From: a virus | Lineage: Duplodnaviria; Caudoviricetes | Direction: 5' to 3' (one strand) | Virus record (IMG/VR): IMGVR_UViG_3300021961_005413 | Span: 1-35,825 of that record | Length of the DNA stretch: 35,825 nt | Shown: positions 9,649-18,243 of the stretch, piece by piece | Numbering within the stretch: position 1 is the stretch's first letter | How the letters are laid out: each line of letters begins with the position of its first letter | The notes under the pieces: generated by a model | Database searches by the model: none | Told to the model about the DNA's origin: nothing | The model's input: the letters and a program-made list of their open reading frames with translations, nothing else | Program-made: the position numbers and the translations under genes

Positions 9649-9878
9649 TTCTCGATTCCTTCTAATCGCCTATCGACGATGTATTTTTGAATATCAACGA
9701 CATTTTCTTCCTCAATAATTCCTATAATAATATTTGTTACTTGTATATCCATTTGAATATACTGCATTTTCTCTTGTAACTCAAGAAGTTTTTCCTGATA
9801 ATAAGCCAATTCTTTCTGTTTACGTTTTCTAACGTTCAGAAGTTCTTCTAACACCAGAATTTTGTGGTCGTCTGTCAT
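9645..9878 (-). CDS. coiled-coil hypothetical protein
   Basis: 77-aa ORF with ATGA overlaps. Confidence 0.75.
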   Translation of the reverse strand: MTDDHKILVLEELLNVRKRKQKELAYYQEKLLELQEKMQYIQMDIQVTNIIIGIIEEENVVDIQKYIVDRRLEGIEK

Positions 9879-10393
9879 TGTTTATAAAAAATATGCCTTC
9901 CTATTTTCGTAGTGCGTTTTAAAGTATTACTCCATTTTGGATTAACATAGTCTGCATGATACCACATTGCACCCTTTGAAGGATCGTCTGCTCTTTCTGT
10001 GCCATACTCATTCAAAACACGCCTAGCGATTTCAAAACAATCGTCATATGCATCTAAGTCAAATACTTCATCGCTTTTACCATCGCAATACCAAGAAAAC
10101 TGGCACATGTTTTTAATAGGCACCTGTCTGTATTTATCTTTCCAATGCGGACGGTGAGGACCTTCAAAAACAACATCACATACAGTATTAGGAAATTTTG
10201 AACTTTTTACACGGTTCAATACCACATAAGACACCGCTATTTTTCCTCTGAGAGGTTCAGATACCGCTTCATGATATATGTTAAGAGCCAAACAATGAAT
10301 GTCTTCTTTCGAAGAAGTATCAGAACCATAGACGTTGACGCCGGCTAAGAAGCCGACGCCAAGACATATGATTGTAGAGATAAGAAGCCGCAT
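9875..10393 (-). CDS. cell wall hydrolase, SleB/Hydrolase_2 family
   Basis: CLALNIYHEA, VVLNRV, FPNTVCDVV, CQFSW, YHADYVNPKW, IGRHIFY; N-terminal signal/anchor. Confidence 0.93.
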   Translation of the reverse strand: MRLLISTIICLGVGFLAGVNVYGSDTSSKEDIHCLALNIYHEAVSEPLRGKIAVSYVVLNRVKSSKFPNTVCDVVFEGPHRPHWKDKYRQVPIKNMCQFSWYCDGKSDEVFDLDAYDDCFEIARRVLNEYGTERADDPSKGAMWYHADYVNPKWSNTLKRTTKIGRHIFYKQ

Positions 10394-11343
10394 TAAGCGG
10401 CCTCTGCATATTCAACGGCTTTCTTCAAAGAATCTACTTTCTTTTTCTGATTAGCGCCAAACCATGCGCTCTGCATACGAGTATCATTTGAACGACCTGC
10501 AACATGATCAGTGAAGTAGGTTACAGCATTGTATGCCTGCCACCAAGTGCCTTCACCATACTGAGCGCCAGGTTGTGTGCTCATCAGTTCACGAACCGTT
10601 TCGCCTGTGCGGCTAAGATCGCCAGCAGCACTCTTCTTAGTACCAAACAATTCAGTCAAATACTCGTCAAGTGACTTAGCAGTGTACCGTTTCGAACCAA
10701 GAAACTTTGCCATTCCACGATATTGATCCAGTTTGCTATGAGCAATACCGAGAGTTGCTTTCACGCTTTCAGCATCGAATGCTTTACGATGGTTCAAACG
10801 AACTGCATTGTCAGCCGTTTTGCCAAGTGACAGTGTAAGAGTGTTGTTGCAAACGACTCGAATAGGAGTGAAACGAACATCTATGCTCTTACCATACTGG
10901 TGAGGATTGGAGAACAGAAGATAAGACTCTACTGTGTCGCCGTTAAACAAAGTGAAGTTGTCTTCGACCTTTGCAAGAGCCCAAATAATCTGACCGTCTT
11001 TCAGTGAACCAGCAGTATGCATCTTCATGTTACCTGCTTCGACAAATTCATGGAAGAATTCAAATGCTTCTGAGTTCTGTACGGGGTTCCAGTTAGCACC
11101 AACCTGTGTCAGTACCTTACCGTCAATGTCACGCACAAGTGCTTTCTGACCAGTTGGGATCTTTTCGCCGTTAAACTCTACAAACGAATCGAGTTCTTCG
11201 ACTCGCCAGTCAAGACCAGCAAGTGCCATCATGTCCATGGCAGAAGTGTCTTCAGGTACTTGGACACCAAGACCATGCCACGGTACTTCACCAACATATG
11301 CAAGTTGTGCTTGGCCGTTTACGATTTCAAGTTCATGTGCCAT
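10393..11343 (-). CDS. DUF932/DUF945 family phage protein
   Basis: PWHGLG, AGLDWRV, PVQN.EAF.FF, TAGSL, TPIRVVCNNTL, WQAYNAVT. Confidence 0.9.
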   Translation of the reverse strand: MAHELEIVNGQAQLAYVGEVPWHGLGVQVPEDTSAMDMMALAGLDWRVEELDSFVEFNGEKIPTGQKALVRDIDGKVLTQVGANWNPVQNSEAFEFFHEFVEAGNMKMHTAGSLKDGQIIWALAKVEDNFTLFNGDTVESYLLFSNPHQYGKSIDVRFTPIRVVCNNTLTLSLGKTADNAVRLNHRKAFDAESVKATLGIAHSKLDQYRGMAKFLGSKRYTAKSLDEYLTELFGTKKSAAGDLSRTGETVRELMSTQPGAQYGEGTWWQAYNAVTYFTDHVAGRSNDTRMQSAWFGANQKKKVDSLKKAVEYAEAA

Positions 11344-11384
11344 TAGTTATCTCCTTTGGCGTTTCATCATTAATCAATATATGG

Positions 11385-11413
11385 ATCTTACGATATTTTG
11401 AAAACAAAGTCAA
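11385..11413 (-). promoter_or_regulatory. sigma70-type early promoter
   Basis: TTGACT-17 bp-TAAGAT, followed by AAGGAG RBS. Confidence 0.8.
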
Positions 11414-11429
11414 TAATTTTTTGAAAAAA

Positions 11430-11765
11430 TTATGCTTCGTACCAATAAGTTTCTGTTTCGCGTACCAGGTGTTCAGCTCCATCATACTCATCTATGACAA
11501 ATCTTTCTCCTTTATTAACCCATTCCACAAACAGGTCCTTTGCACCGCCAGTAACTAACCAATCGTTGTCTTTGTATTTTTCTGTAACGAAGGCCTCAAT
11601 CTCGTCCTCACGATCTTCCAGAACCATCTTTACAACATCAGCGTCAAACAACAGTGCTTCTGCCAACTCTTCATCGACAGTATTCCAGGTACTCCACCCA
11701 GCACCGTAACCAGCACTCACCAGAACAGCAATCTTGCCGTCTTCACGAACATATTTTTCAACCAT
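11430..11765 (-). CDS. conserved phage hypothetical protein
   Basis: AVLVSAGYGAGWSTW...F.IDEYDGAE family pattern; AGGTGA RBS. Confidence 0.8.
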   Translation of the reverse strand: MVEKYVREDGKIAVLVSAGYGAGWSTWNTVDEELAEALLFDADVVKMVLEDREDEIEAFVTEKYKDNDWLVTGGAKDLFVEWVNKGERFVIDEYDGAEHLVRETETYWYEA

Positions 11766-11772
11766 GGTTATA

Positions 11773-11907
11773 TCACCTTTTGTTTTTAAAGAGAGATTCG
11801 ACGCGCAAACGCCACTCTACGAATTCTTTAAATCCTTCGTCGGTTGGAGTAGTATTGGACTCAGTGCAAAACTCTATGTAAAACTCTCTGTACATTTCGG
11901 TATTCAT
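11773..11907 (-). CDS. 44-aa hypothetical protein (MNTEMYREFYIEF...)
   Basis: Translated by hand; GAGGAG RBS; ATGA overlap with the upstream gene. Confidence 0.6.
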   Translation of the reverse strand: MNTEMYREFYIEFCTESNTTPTDEGFKEFVEWRLRVESLFKNKR

Positions 11908-12077
11908 ATTACTGACTCCTCTACGATTTCGTAATCATATTCCCACCACTTATCATTGTCTTTTCTATCGAGCTCTTCGATAAATGCTACTGCTTTTTCT
12001 TCTGAGGAAAAAAGCTGTGAAAGTTGATAAGTGTTTTGAAATTTGAGATTGGTGCAGTTGATTCGGTATACTTTCAT
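11904..12077 (-). CDS. small acidic early protein
   Basis: Start moved to MKVYRI, downstream of the promoter. Confidence 0.7.
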   Translation of the reverse strand: MKVYRINCTNLKFQNTYQLSQLFSSEEKAVAFIEELDRKDNDKWWEYDYEIVEESVI

Positions 12078-12110
12078 TTCTTTTCTTTCTCGATTCGTTT
12101 TCATATTATA

Positions 12111-12139
12111 AGGATATTCGTTTTGAAAAGAAAAGTCAA
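12111..12139 (-). promoter_or_regulatory. sigma70-type early promoter
   Basis: TTGACT-17 bp-TATCCT with a long A/T tract upstream. Confidence 0.7.
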
Positions 12140-12179
12140 GCATTTTTTTTAAAAAAATTTAATTTTTTTTCGATAAGAA

Positions 12180-12192
12180 AATCAATAACTTA
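12180..12192. promoter_or_regulatory. IHF consensus site
   Basis: AATCAA-TAAC-TTA matches WATCAANNNNTTR, about 40 bp upstream of the -35. Confidence 0.55.
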
Positions 12193-12603
12193 TCCGGTAG
12201 GCAGGTCTAGATCACCTAAAAATTGGCCTATAATTTCGTCTGGATCTTCTATGTCTAACACTTCTTCCGCTATTAACTGAAGAGGATGGTCTAGTCCATA
12301 GGTTCGCATAATCATCGACTTAAGCGATTCGACACAGAACATAATATCATTTGCGTTTGGATTGGTTTCGAAATCAATACCAATATCATCTAGGTTTTGA
12401 ATGATGTTATAGACGATGTTCATTGATAAATCGATAACCACCTTCATTTGATCGTCACGCAAATTGTTTCGAAGCTCTTCGACCGATTGAGGAGGCCTTC
12501 GAATATTAGACTTAGGAAACGCAACGATATTATCCGTCTTATCCAATACAATCTTCTGAGTAGGTTTGTTTTCGTCTTCCGGTGTAAAAGTGATTTCGTC
12601 CAT
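12190..12603 (-). CDS. conserved hypothetical protein
   Basis: NIVAFPK and ESLKSMIMR...HPLQ pattern. Confidence 0.75.
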   Translation of the reverse strand: MDEITFTPEDENKPTQKIVLDKTDNIVAFPKSNIRRPPQSVEELRNNLRDDQMKVVIDLSMNIVYNIIQNLDDIGIDFETNPNANDIMFCVESLKSMIMRTYGLDHPLQLIAEEVLDIEDPDEIIGQFLGDLDLPTG

Positions 12604-12605
12604 AT

Positions 12606-13718
12606 CTACTTTATCGCTTTCAGAATAATACAGTCTGTATTGATTCTACCTGGTAAGTTGTTAGAAGATTTTGTACTTAATTCATTGAATAGTTTTTCAA
12701 TACTCTTAGGTGTTTTCTTCATAATGTCTTTAAGAAATTCTTCTGGTTTTCTCAGTTTCTTTTTCATAGACATTTCAGGATTAAAGTTCTGAAGAGTAGT
12801 GCCTTTCAGTGCAAGTCCTGATTCAGAAACATAAATTATGAATTCTTTATATCTAGTATTAAAGACATACAGATAACTAGCATCAATTATATTTATAGGA
12901 TCAATACTAGCTAATTTGTATTCTGAATCTTCCTTCTTGTATTTGATATTCTTAATTTGTTTATCTTTCGTCATAGGACGAGGTGTGCGTTTCTTACGAG
13001 TAGCCTTCTTTGTATTTTCATACAAATCAAGTTCAGATAGAAGGTGATCGAAGAAAGCGATAAACAACTTAATTTGTGTCTTAGTAAGATGTGAGTACCC
13101 TTCCAACAAATCTGAAGGACAGTCCTTCTTCGTAAGAGTAACAAACTCTTCACGCATAGGAGCATAGTATTCACGAATAGGTTTGATATGCACCTGTGCT
13201 ACATTGTTCGATTTTAGATATTCGAAGACTTTAGGAAGCGTCTTCGATGGTTGTTCATCTATCCATTCCTCTAACTGTGCAACGATATCCGCTAACTGTT
13301 CACGCATACGGTCTTGTATCGAAGGACGATAAGATTGTTTCTTTTCCTCCTTCTTTTTTGCCTTTTTGGCAGTTTGTTTGCCGCGTTGAATAAGTTCTTG
13401 AAAACAATTTTCCATCCATTCGACGGTCTCTTCAGGTGCTTTCTCTGGACCGTTTTTGTCCCAATAACAGTAAGCAGCAATATGATTCTTAGACCAACGC
13501 CAGATTTCATTCTTCATAATGGCAGCATAATCCGTTCGACTCTTGTTCGCTTTAAGCCAGTCGTTAATTATCTTCTGTACTTCTTTAGATTCGACTTCTA
13601 AATAAAATGATTGGACATACTTTCGATATCCTTCTTTCATCGAAATTTGAGAAGCATTGCCTTTCTTAAGGCGGTCATATGCCTTCTTCTTACGGCGAAT
13701 CTTTACGCTGAGAGCCAT
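12606..13718 (-). CDS. conserved T4-like hypothetical protein
   Basis: 370 aa; SIQDRMRE, KLRKPEEFL, GRIN...ILK; own promoter and GGAG RBS. Confidence 0.8.
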   Translation of the reverse strand: MALSVKIRRKKKAYDRLKKGNASQISMKEGYRKYVQSFYLEVESKEVQKIINDWLKANKSRTDYAAIMKNEIWRWSKNHIAAYCYWDKNGPEKAPEETVEWMENCFQELIQRGKQTAKKAKKKEEKKQSYRPSIQDRMREQLADIVAQLEEWIDEQPSKTLPKVFEYLKSNNVAQVHIKPIREYYAPMREEFVTLTKKDCPSDLLEGYSHLTKTQIKLFIAFFDHLLSELDLYENTKKATRKKRTPRPMTKDKQIKNIKYKKEDSEYKLASIDPINIIDASYLYVFNTRYKEFIIYVSESGLALKGTTLQNFNPEMSMKKKLRKPEEFLKDIMKKTPKSIEKLFNELSTKSSNNLPGRINTDCIILKAIK

Positions 13719-13747
13719 TACATTACTCCATTAAATTAATTTAATCC

Positions 13748-13776
13748 ATCCTAGGATAAAAAAATCCTTTTGTCAA
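13748..13776 (-). promoter_or_regulatory. sigma70-type promoter
   Basis: TTGACA-17 bp-TAGGAT. Confidence 0.8.
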
Positions 13777-13797
13777 GATGTTTTTAAAATTTTTTTG

Positions 13798-13805
13798 TAT
13801 AAATA
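13798..13805 (+). promoter_or_regulatory. T4-type late promoter on the plus strand
   Basis: Exact TATAAATA in intergenic DNA. Confidence 0.7.
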
Positions 13806-13809
13806 GAAA

Positions 13810-13960
13810 GGGTGCGTGTAATGTGTTTTCATAACATAAGAGGCAAGGGTTGAGAAAAATAAATTCACCAGGAAAAGTCGAGGTTGCGGAAAGTCCGCCA
13901 GTGGGGTTCTGCTCGACAACACGGTCCAAGTAAAAAGCCGCTCTTCGAAGCGGCTTTTTT
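13810..13960 (+). ncRNA. putative ~150-nt structured late ncRNA
   Basis: Bounded by TATAAATA and a terminator; GTCGAG/CTCGAC stem encloses the GCGGA-AAG-TCCGC and CAG-TGGGGTT-CTG hairpins. Confidence 0.55.
13932..13960. terminator. bidirectional rho-independent terminator
   Basis: AAAAAGCCGCTCTTCGAAGCGGCTTTTTT. Confidence 0.85.
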
Positions 13961-14180
13961 ATTCTTCCCAAACATATTCACTGTCTTCTGTATAATCGTA
14001 TACGACATTGTTGTTTTCATAACTAAAAAAGGCAGGAGTTTTTCCTTGAAATCCACTGCCTAAGTTTAACTTGCGGCAGGTTTGTTCTGCCTTATCCCTA
14101 GATGAATATCTTGTTATTTTTAACTCATTGTTTTCTATAATATAGAAACCATCATCTTCTTCTGACACTTTATATGACAT
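13959..14180 (-). CDS. conserved hypothetical protein downstream of gp41
   Basis: TAATG coupling; LNLGSGFQGKTPAFF motif. Confidence 0.75.
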   Translation of the reverse strand: MSYKVSEEDDGFYIIENNELKITRYSSRDKAEQTCRKLNLGSGFQGKTPAFFSYENNNVVYDYTEDSEYVWEE

Positions 14181-15595
14181 TATTGAAATCCTTGCCAAAG
14201 ACTGTTCTTGTTAAATTTCTTTGGTAACTTGGCATCTAGTTCTTCTTCATCCCATCGTTCACCAAAATTGCTTTTACTCATAACAGGTGTGTCATCAACA
14301 AGACCATCTTGTGCAGAGGCTTCGACATTATAGAATCTCATTTTGGCTCTATCGATACCTATAACGAATCGTTTGTGCATGTTTGGATCTGCCCATCGAT
14401 TCTTTAACTGTTTGACCATGATTTGGTTTAGTGACTCTAGTTCTTCTGTAGAAATAAGAGCAAACATAAAATCGGCTGTTGCAGGTAGACCAAACGACTC
14501 TGAGGTATCTTCAAGACCAACATCTGAGTTAGTATAACCAGACCGAGTTGTTTGAGTAGCAGAAACGATTGGTACATTGAACTCTACGGCAAGGCCACGA
14601 AGTTCTTCAGCAATCGCTTTTACATATGTATAAGAATTTACATTTTGACCATTGCGTAAACGACTCGACATACAGATGTTTAGATAGTCGATATAGATGA
14701 TATCTGGAACAAAATTCTTTTTGATCTTTAATTCATCGATAAGGTGTCGAAAGTGACCACTGCCAGCAGATGCAGTAGGATATTCTTTGATAATTAGTTT
14801 ACTTGGCGTTTTATCTTTTAACCTTGAAACTCTACGCTCAAAGATATCTTTAGGCATCATGTTTACTTCGTCGATAGAAGCATCTAATAGATTTGCATCG
14901 ATTCGTTCAGCGATTCGTTCTTCTGCCATTTCCATGGTAATGTACAATACATTCTTACCATGCATTAGATTTGTCGCAGCGAAGTGACACATAGCCAGAG
15001 ACTTACCGACGCCTGTGCCTGCGAGAACAATATTCAAAGACTTCTTAGGCAGGCCACCTTTTGTAATTGTGTTTAACAGTTCAATATCAAAAGGAAGTCT
15101 TTCTTCTTTCTTATGATAAAATTCATATCGTTCATTCGTATTTTCTAGAAAGTCATGGCCAATATTATTATCAAAAGAAACACCAAGTGCATCAGACAAA
15201 ATCTTTGGAATTGCACCCTTATCATTGTTCTTATCTTTATTATCAAGAATAACAATAGAACTACGAATCGCATTGTAAACAGCACGATCTTGACAAAACT
15301 TTTCGGTATTGTCGATCATCCAGTTTAAGCTATTGCTTTCGTTATAATTTAGGTCGTTGATTTTATCATTGATGGTTTTAAACTGTTCTTCAGTAAGATT
15401 TCTTTTTTCTTCGATAGAGAATCGAACAGCATCTTTTGTTGGTATTTCGTTATAGGTTTTAATATACTCATCTATAACTTTGTAGATATTTTTACTTTCA
15501 AAACTTTCAAAATAATCTTCTTTTAAAAACGGTATTACTTTCCTTGTGTATTCTTCATTGTATAAAAGTCCTCCTAGAATGAGGGGTTCAATCAT
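14180..15595 (-). CDS. 41: DnaB-like replicative helicase gp41
   Basis: AGTGVGKS, YITMEMAE, IIKEYPT, IDYLNI, SATQTTRSG, SESFGLPATAD, KQLKNR. Confidence 0.97.
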   Translation of the reverse strand: MIEPLILGGLLYNEEYTRKVIPFLKEDYFESFESKNIYKVIDEYIKTYNEIPTKDAVRFSIEEKRNLTEEQFKTINDKINDLNYNESNSLNWMIDNTEKFCQDRAVYNAIRSSIVILDNKDKNNDKGAIPKILSDALGVSFDNNIGHDFLENTNERYEFYHKKEERLPFDIELLNTITKGGLPKKSLNIVLAGTGVGKSLAMCHFAATNLMHGKNVLYITMEMAEERIAERIDANLLDASIDEVNMMPKDIFERRVSRLKDKTPSKLIIKEYPTASAGSGHFRHLIDELKIKKNFVPDIIYIDYLNICMSSRLRNGQNVNSYTYVKAIAEELRGLAVEFNVPIVSATQTTRSGYTNSDVGLEDTSESFGLPATADFMFALISTEELESLNQIMVKQLKNRWADPNMHKRFVIGIDRAKMRFYNVEASAQDGLVDDTPVMSKSNFGERWDEEELDAKLPKKFNKNSLWQGFQ

Positions 15596-16625
15596 TTATT
15601 TCCTCCTCGTCTGCAATCATTTTAACATCACCAACTGAATACTTGTGTTTTAGATAATCAACAAAGTCAGTTTCTTTAAACATAGTTAACCAGAAATCTT
15701 TATTACTTTGAATATCTTTAGCACGATACTTTTCTTCGCCATCGGCTCGTTGGTACCAACCATTACTTGGTTTTACAATATAACCTGATTCAAGTGCCGA
15801 GTCAAGAAGACCTGACCATTTATTAATGCCGCCTTCCCAAGTAACAGTAATAGGAATCTTTGACTTCTCTCTAACATAACGAGACTTTTCAACATTAATA
15901 ATGAAGTGATAACCGGCAATATCTGCACCATCTTTTTCTTGTTGACGGCCAAGTATCCAAATAGTATCCGCAGAGTAATAGATGCCAGTGCCGCCACCAA
16001 CAATGTCTTTAGGAAATAAACCAATCTCTTTGTAAGTATGATTGACTGCAATGAGTGGAATATCTTTAAGTGTAAGATGTGGTGTTATCATGCGGAAAAG
16101 TGACTTCATTGCCTTTGCACGAGACATGTCAGCAACTGACTTACCAGCTAGTGCGTCTTCAACTTCTTTCTTCGACGCAAGATTACCAATAGAATCGATA
16201 ACAATACAGACACGGTCGCCCCTCTCAATTCCTTCTAGTTGTTTCATAATGTCAAACTTTAGTTCTTCAACATCAGTAATCGGCGTATGAACAACACGAC
16301 TCATATCAACGCCAAAGGCGTCAAAGTAGTTCTGCGGTGTGCCGAACTCTGAGTCATAGAATAGAACTGCTCCGTCCTCATACTTATCTAGGTAGGCGGC
16401 CGCCATGATAAGAGAGAACGCCGTCTTGAAATGTTTAGACGGACCTGCAAGGACCGTGAGACCAGGAGTTAGACCGCCGTCAACACGACCTGAGAGAGCA
16501 ACATTTAACATGGGGACTTGAGTAGGCACCATGTCTTTTTTACCATAAATGCGCGAGTTGGTAAGAGTGTCCGTCAACTTGACAGAACTATTCTTCACCA
16601 ACTTATCTAATAGATTCGTTGACAT
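15588..16625 (-). CDS. uvsX: RecA-like recombinase UvsX
   Basis: AGPSKHFKT, FYDSEFG, DSIGNLASKKE, DMSRAK, GGTGIYYSA. Confidence 0.97.
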   Translation of the reverse strand: MSTNLLDKLVKNSSVKLTDTLTNSRIYGKKDMVPTQVPMLNVALSGRVDGGLTPGLTVLAGPSKHFKTAFSLIMAAAYLDKYEDGAVLFYDSEFGTPQNYFDAFGVDMSRVVHTPITDVEELKFDIMKQLEGIERGDRVCIVIDSIGNLASKKEVEDALAGKSVADMSRAKAMKSLFRMITPHLTLKDIPLIAVNHTYKEIGLFPKDIVGGGTGIYYSADTIWILGRQQEKDGADIAGYHFIINVEKSRYVREKSKIPITVTWEGGINKWSGLLDSALESGYIVKPSNGWYQRADGEEKYRAKDIQSNKDFWLTMFKETDFVDYLKHKYSVGDVKMIADEEEIND

Positions 16626-16654
16626 ATATCACCTCAGTGTTGATTAAAAAAATT

Positions 16655-16683
16655 ACCATACTATACTTTGATCAGAAAGTAAA
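16655..16683 (-). promoter_or_regulatory. sigma70-type promoter for uvsX
   Basis: TTTACT-17 bp-TATGGT. Confidence 0.6.
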
Positions 16684-16688
16684 GAGAT

Positions 16689-16982
16689 TTATTCGGTATA
16701 AACCGCATCCAATTTATCTCTAAATGATTCGATCTTTGATAGTCGTTCAGGCCAGTAAATGTAGTCTTTTTCTGGATTTGCTGCTAAATTGTTCAACAGT
16801 GGTTGAAACATATTATAGAGAGTATTAATCTTATTCTCTAGTGCTTCCTTCTCGGAAGTTGATAAAGTCGCGGCACTGGCAGCTTCTTCTTTCTCTGCCG
16901 CAAGTTGTTGTACAATGGCTAATTCTTGTTCTGTGACTGCGGAAAATCCAAAGTCAAAATCAAAGGAGTCTACTGTTGCCAT
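16689..16982 (-). CDS. conserved T4-like hypothetical protein, probably late
   Basis: FDFGFSAV, PLLNNLAANPEKDYIYWP; preceded by TATAAATA. Confidence 0.8.
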   Translation of the reverse strand: MATVDSFDFDFGFSAVTEQELAIVQQLAAEKEEAASAATLSTSEKEALENKINTLYNMFQPLLNNLAANPEKDYIYWPERLSKIESFRDKLDAVYTE

Positions 16983-17009
16983 TATTTTACCTTTTTTATT
17001 TTAAAAACA

Positions 17010-17017
17010 TATTTATA
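17010..17017 (-). promoter_or_regulatory. T4-type late promoter
   Basis: TATAAATA 27 nt upstream of the ATG. Confidence 0.8.
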
Positions 17018-17031
17018 TGATTTACTATCTC

Positions 17032-17058
17032 AAAAGAGGCGGGGGATTAACCCCCGCC
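17032..17058 (-). terminator. rho-independent terminator after hsp20
   Basis: GGCGGGGG-TTAAT-CCCCCGCC-TCTTTT. Confidence 0.85.
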
Positions 17059-17065
17059 AAGTAGT

Positions 17066-17497
17066 TTACTCACTCAGGAGTGTCTGCTTACTTCCAAGTG
17101 GAATTTTACGAGCTTTCTTTTCTTCTGGAATTATATTCTCTAAATCAACTAGAAGCATTCCATTTTTAAGATCGGCTCCCTTTACTTCGATAGTATCAGC
17201 AAGATTAAACTTACGAGTGAAACCACGTTTTGCAACGCCACGATGTAGATAATCTATCTTTTCTTCTTTAGCGTTTGCAGTGATTGTAAGAGTGCTATCC
17301 TTATATGTAATGTCAATATCTTCTTCAGTAAAACCAGCTACTGCCATTTCGATAGTAAACTGATCTTCGGAATTACATAGGATATTAAATGGGGGATAAT
17401 TGTCGACCGGTTTTGCGGCTCTCTCAAGTCTATTTACTAGACGATCAAAGCCAATGAAAAAGGGGTCGTTAAATGCGTGTGCAAATTGATGTACCAT
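17066..17497 (-). CDS. hsp20: small heat shock protein (Hsp20/IbpA-like)
   Basis: IGFDRL, NYPPFNI, IEMAVAGF, YLHRGVAKRGF, ADLKNGML; AGGAGG RBS. Confidence 0.95.
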   Translation of the reverse strand: MVHQFAHAFNDPFFIGFDRLVNRLERAAKPVDNYPPFNILCNSEDQFTIEMAVAGFTEEDIDITYKDSTLTITANAKEEKIDYLHRGVAKRGFTRKFNLADTIEVKGADLKNGMLLVDLENIIPEEKKARKIPLGSKQTLLSE

Positions 17498-17521
17498 GAG
17501 TACCTCCTGTTTTAGCAAGGT

Positions 17522-17560
17522 TATAATAGTGAAGACCCTTTTGGCATCTTCACTATTATA
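17522..17560 (-). promoter_or_regulatory. 14-bp perfect inverted repeat in the hsp20 leader
   Basis: TATAATAGTGAAGA-N11-TCTTCACTATTATA. Confidence 0.7.
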
Positions 17561-17582
17561 TATAGTGATTTTTTATTCAGTT

Positions 17583-17933
17583 TCAAGCCTGTCGATTAAA
17601 AAAATTCGCTTTTTCTTCTTCAGGTTCAAAATATTCTTTGATTGTATCAACTACAATATCATTTGCAAATGGTTTGCAGCTAAATACGTCGAAATAAGAA
17701 TCGCCGCTGTCGTCGCAGAAATGGGCACAAATGTTTGATGTTTCAATAAGTTGGACCAATGTATATCCAGTCTTATCTTCGCTGCCAAAATGAACTACTT
17801 GTGGTTCACCGTATGCTACCATATCGATGTTCTTAACAAGTGCCTTGGCAAAGTTTCTGATATTGTCTGCGTTCTTGATTTTGTCTCGATTGCAGGATTT
17901 ACAGTCTACAGTTAGATGATAACCCCACGACAT
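17583..17933 (-). CDS. speD: S-adenosylmethionine decarboxylase proenzyme
   Basis: WGYHLTVD, GYTLVQLIETSNICAHF, DVFSCKPF; AAGGAG RBS; the frame is also open up to 18044. Confidence 0.88.
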   Translation of the reverse strand: MSWGYHLTVDCKSCNRDKIKNADNIRNFAKALVKNIDMVAYGEPQVVHFGSEDKTGYTLVQLIETSNICAHFCDDSGDSYFDVFSCKPFANDIVVDTIKEYFEPEEEKANFFNRQA

Positions 17934-18036
17934 TTTTTTACTCCTTTCTTCTTTTAGTGTTCTGAGAATATACATGTCCCAAGATTCTCCTGGAACATCT
18001 TTTGTGCCTATTGTTGGCCTTTTATCATAAACAAAA

Positions 18037-18243
18037 TTACTCATTGAGAAGTTTAATTCCCAGAGCCCAATTTTCTGCGGCGTCTTCTACATAACGAATC
18101 GATTTGCCTGGAAAAGATTCTGTTTTAAATACAGTATCTTCCTTGACATAATCAATACAATACATAGTTGGCGTTTTATAAACAATTGCTTTTAGTTGTC
18201 TGTTTTCATCGTGATAATATTCACTTAGTTCAATTCTGTCCAT
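18037..18243 (-). CDS. conserved hypothetical protein
   Basis: KSIRYVEDAAENW motif; AAGGAG RBS. Confidence 0.8.
   Translation of the reverse strand: MDRIELSEYYHDENRQLKAIVYKTPTMYCIDYVKEDTVFKTESFPGKSIRYVEDAAENWALGIKLLNE

Noticed and set aside
11868-11892. 12-bp tandem repeat AAAACTCTMTGT
   Set aside because: Two copies inside a small ORF (YREFYIEF); probably coding-level duplication or chance.
13886-13898. GGAAAGTCC similarity to the RNase P RNA conserved region
   Set aside because: The unit is only about 150 nt, lacks the 3' P4 partner, and the motif is explained by a local hairpin.
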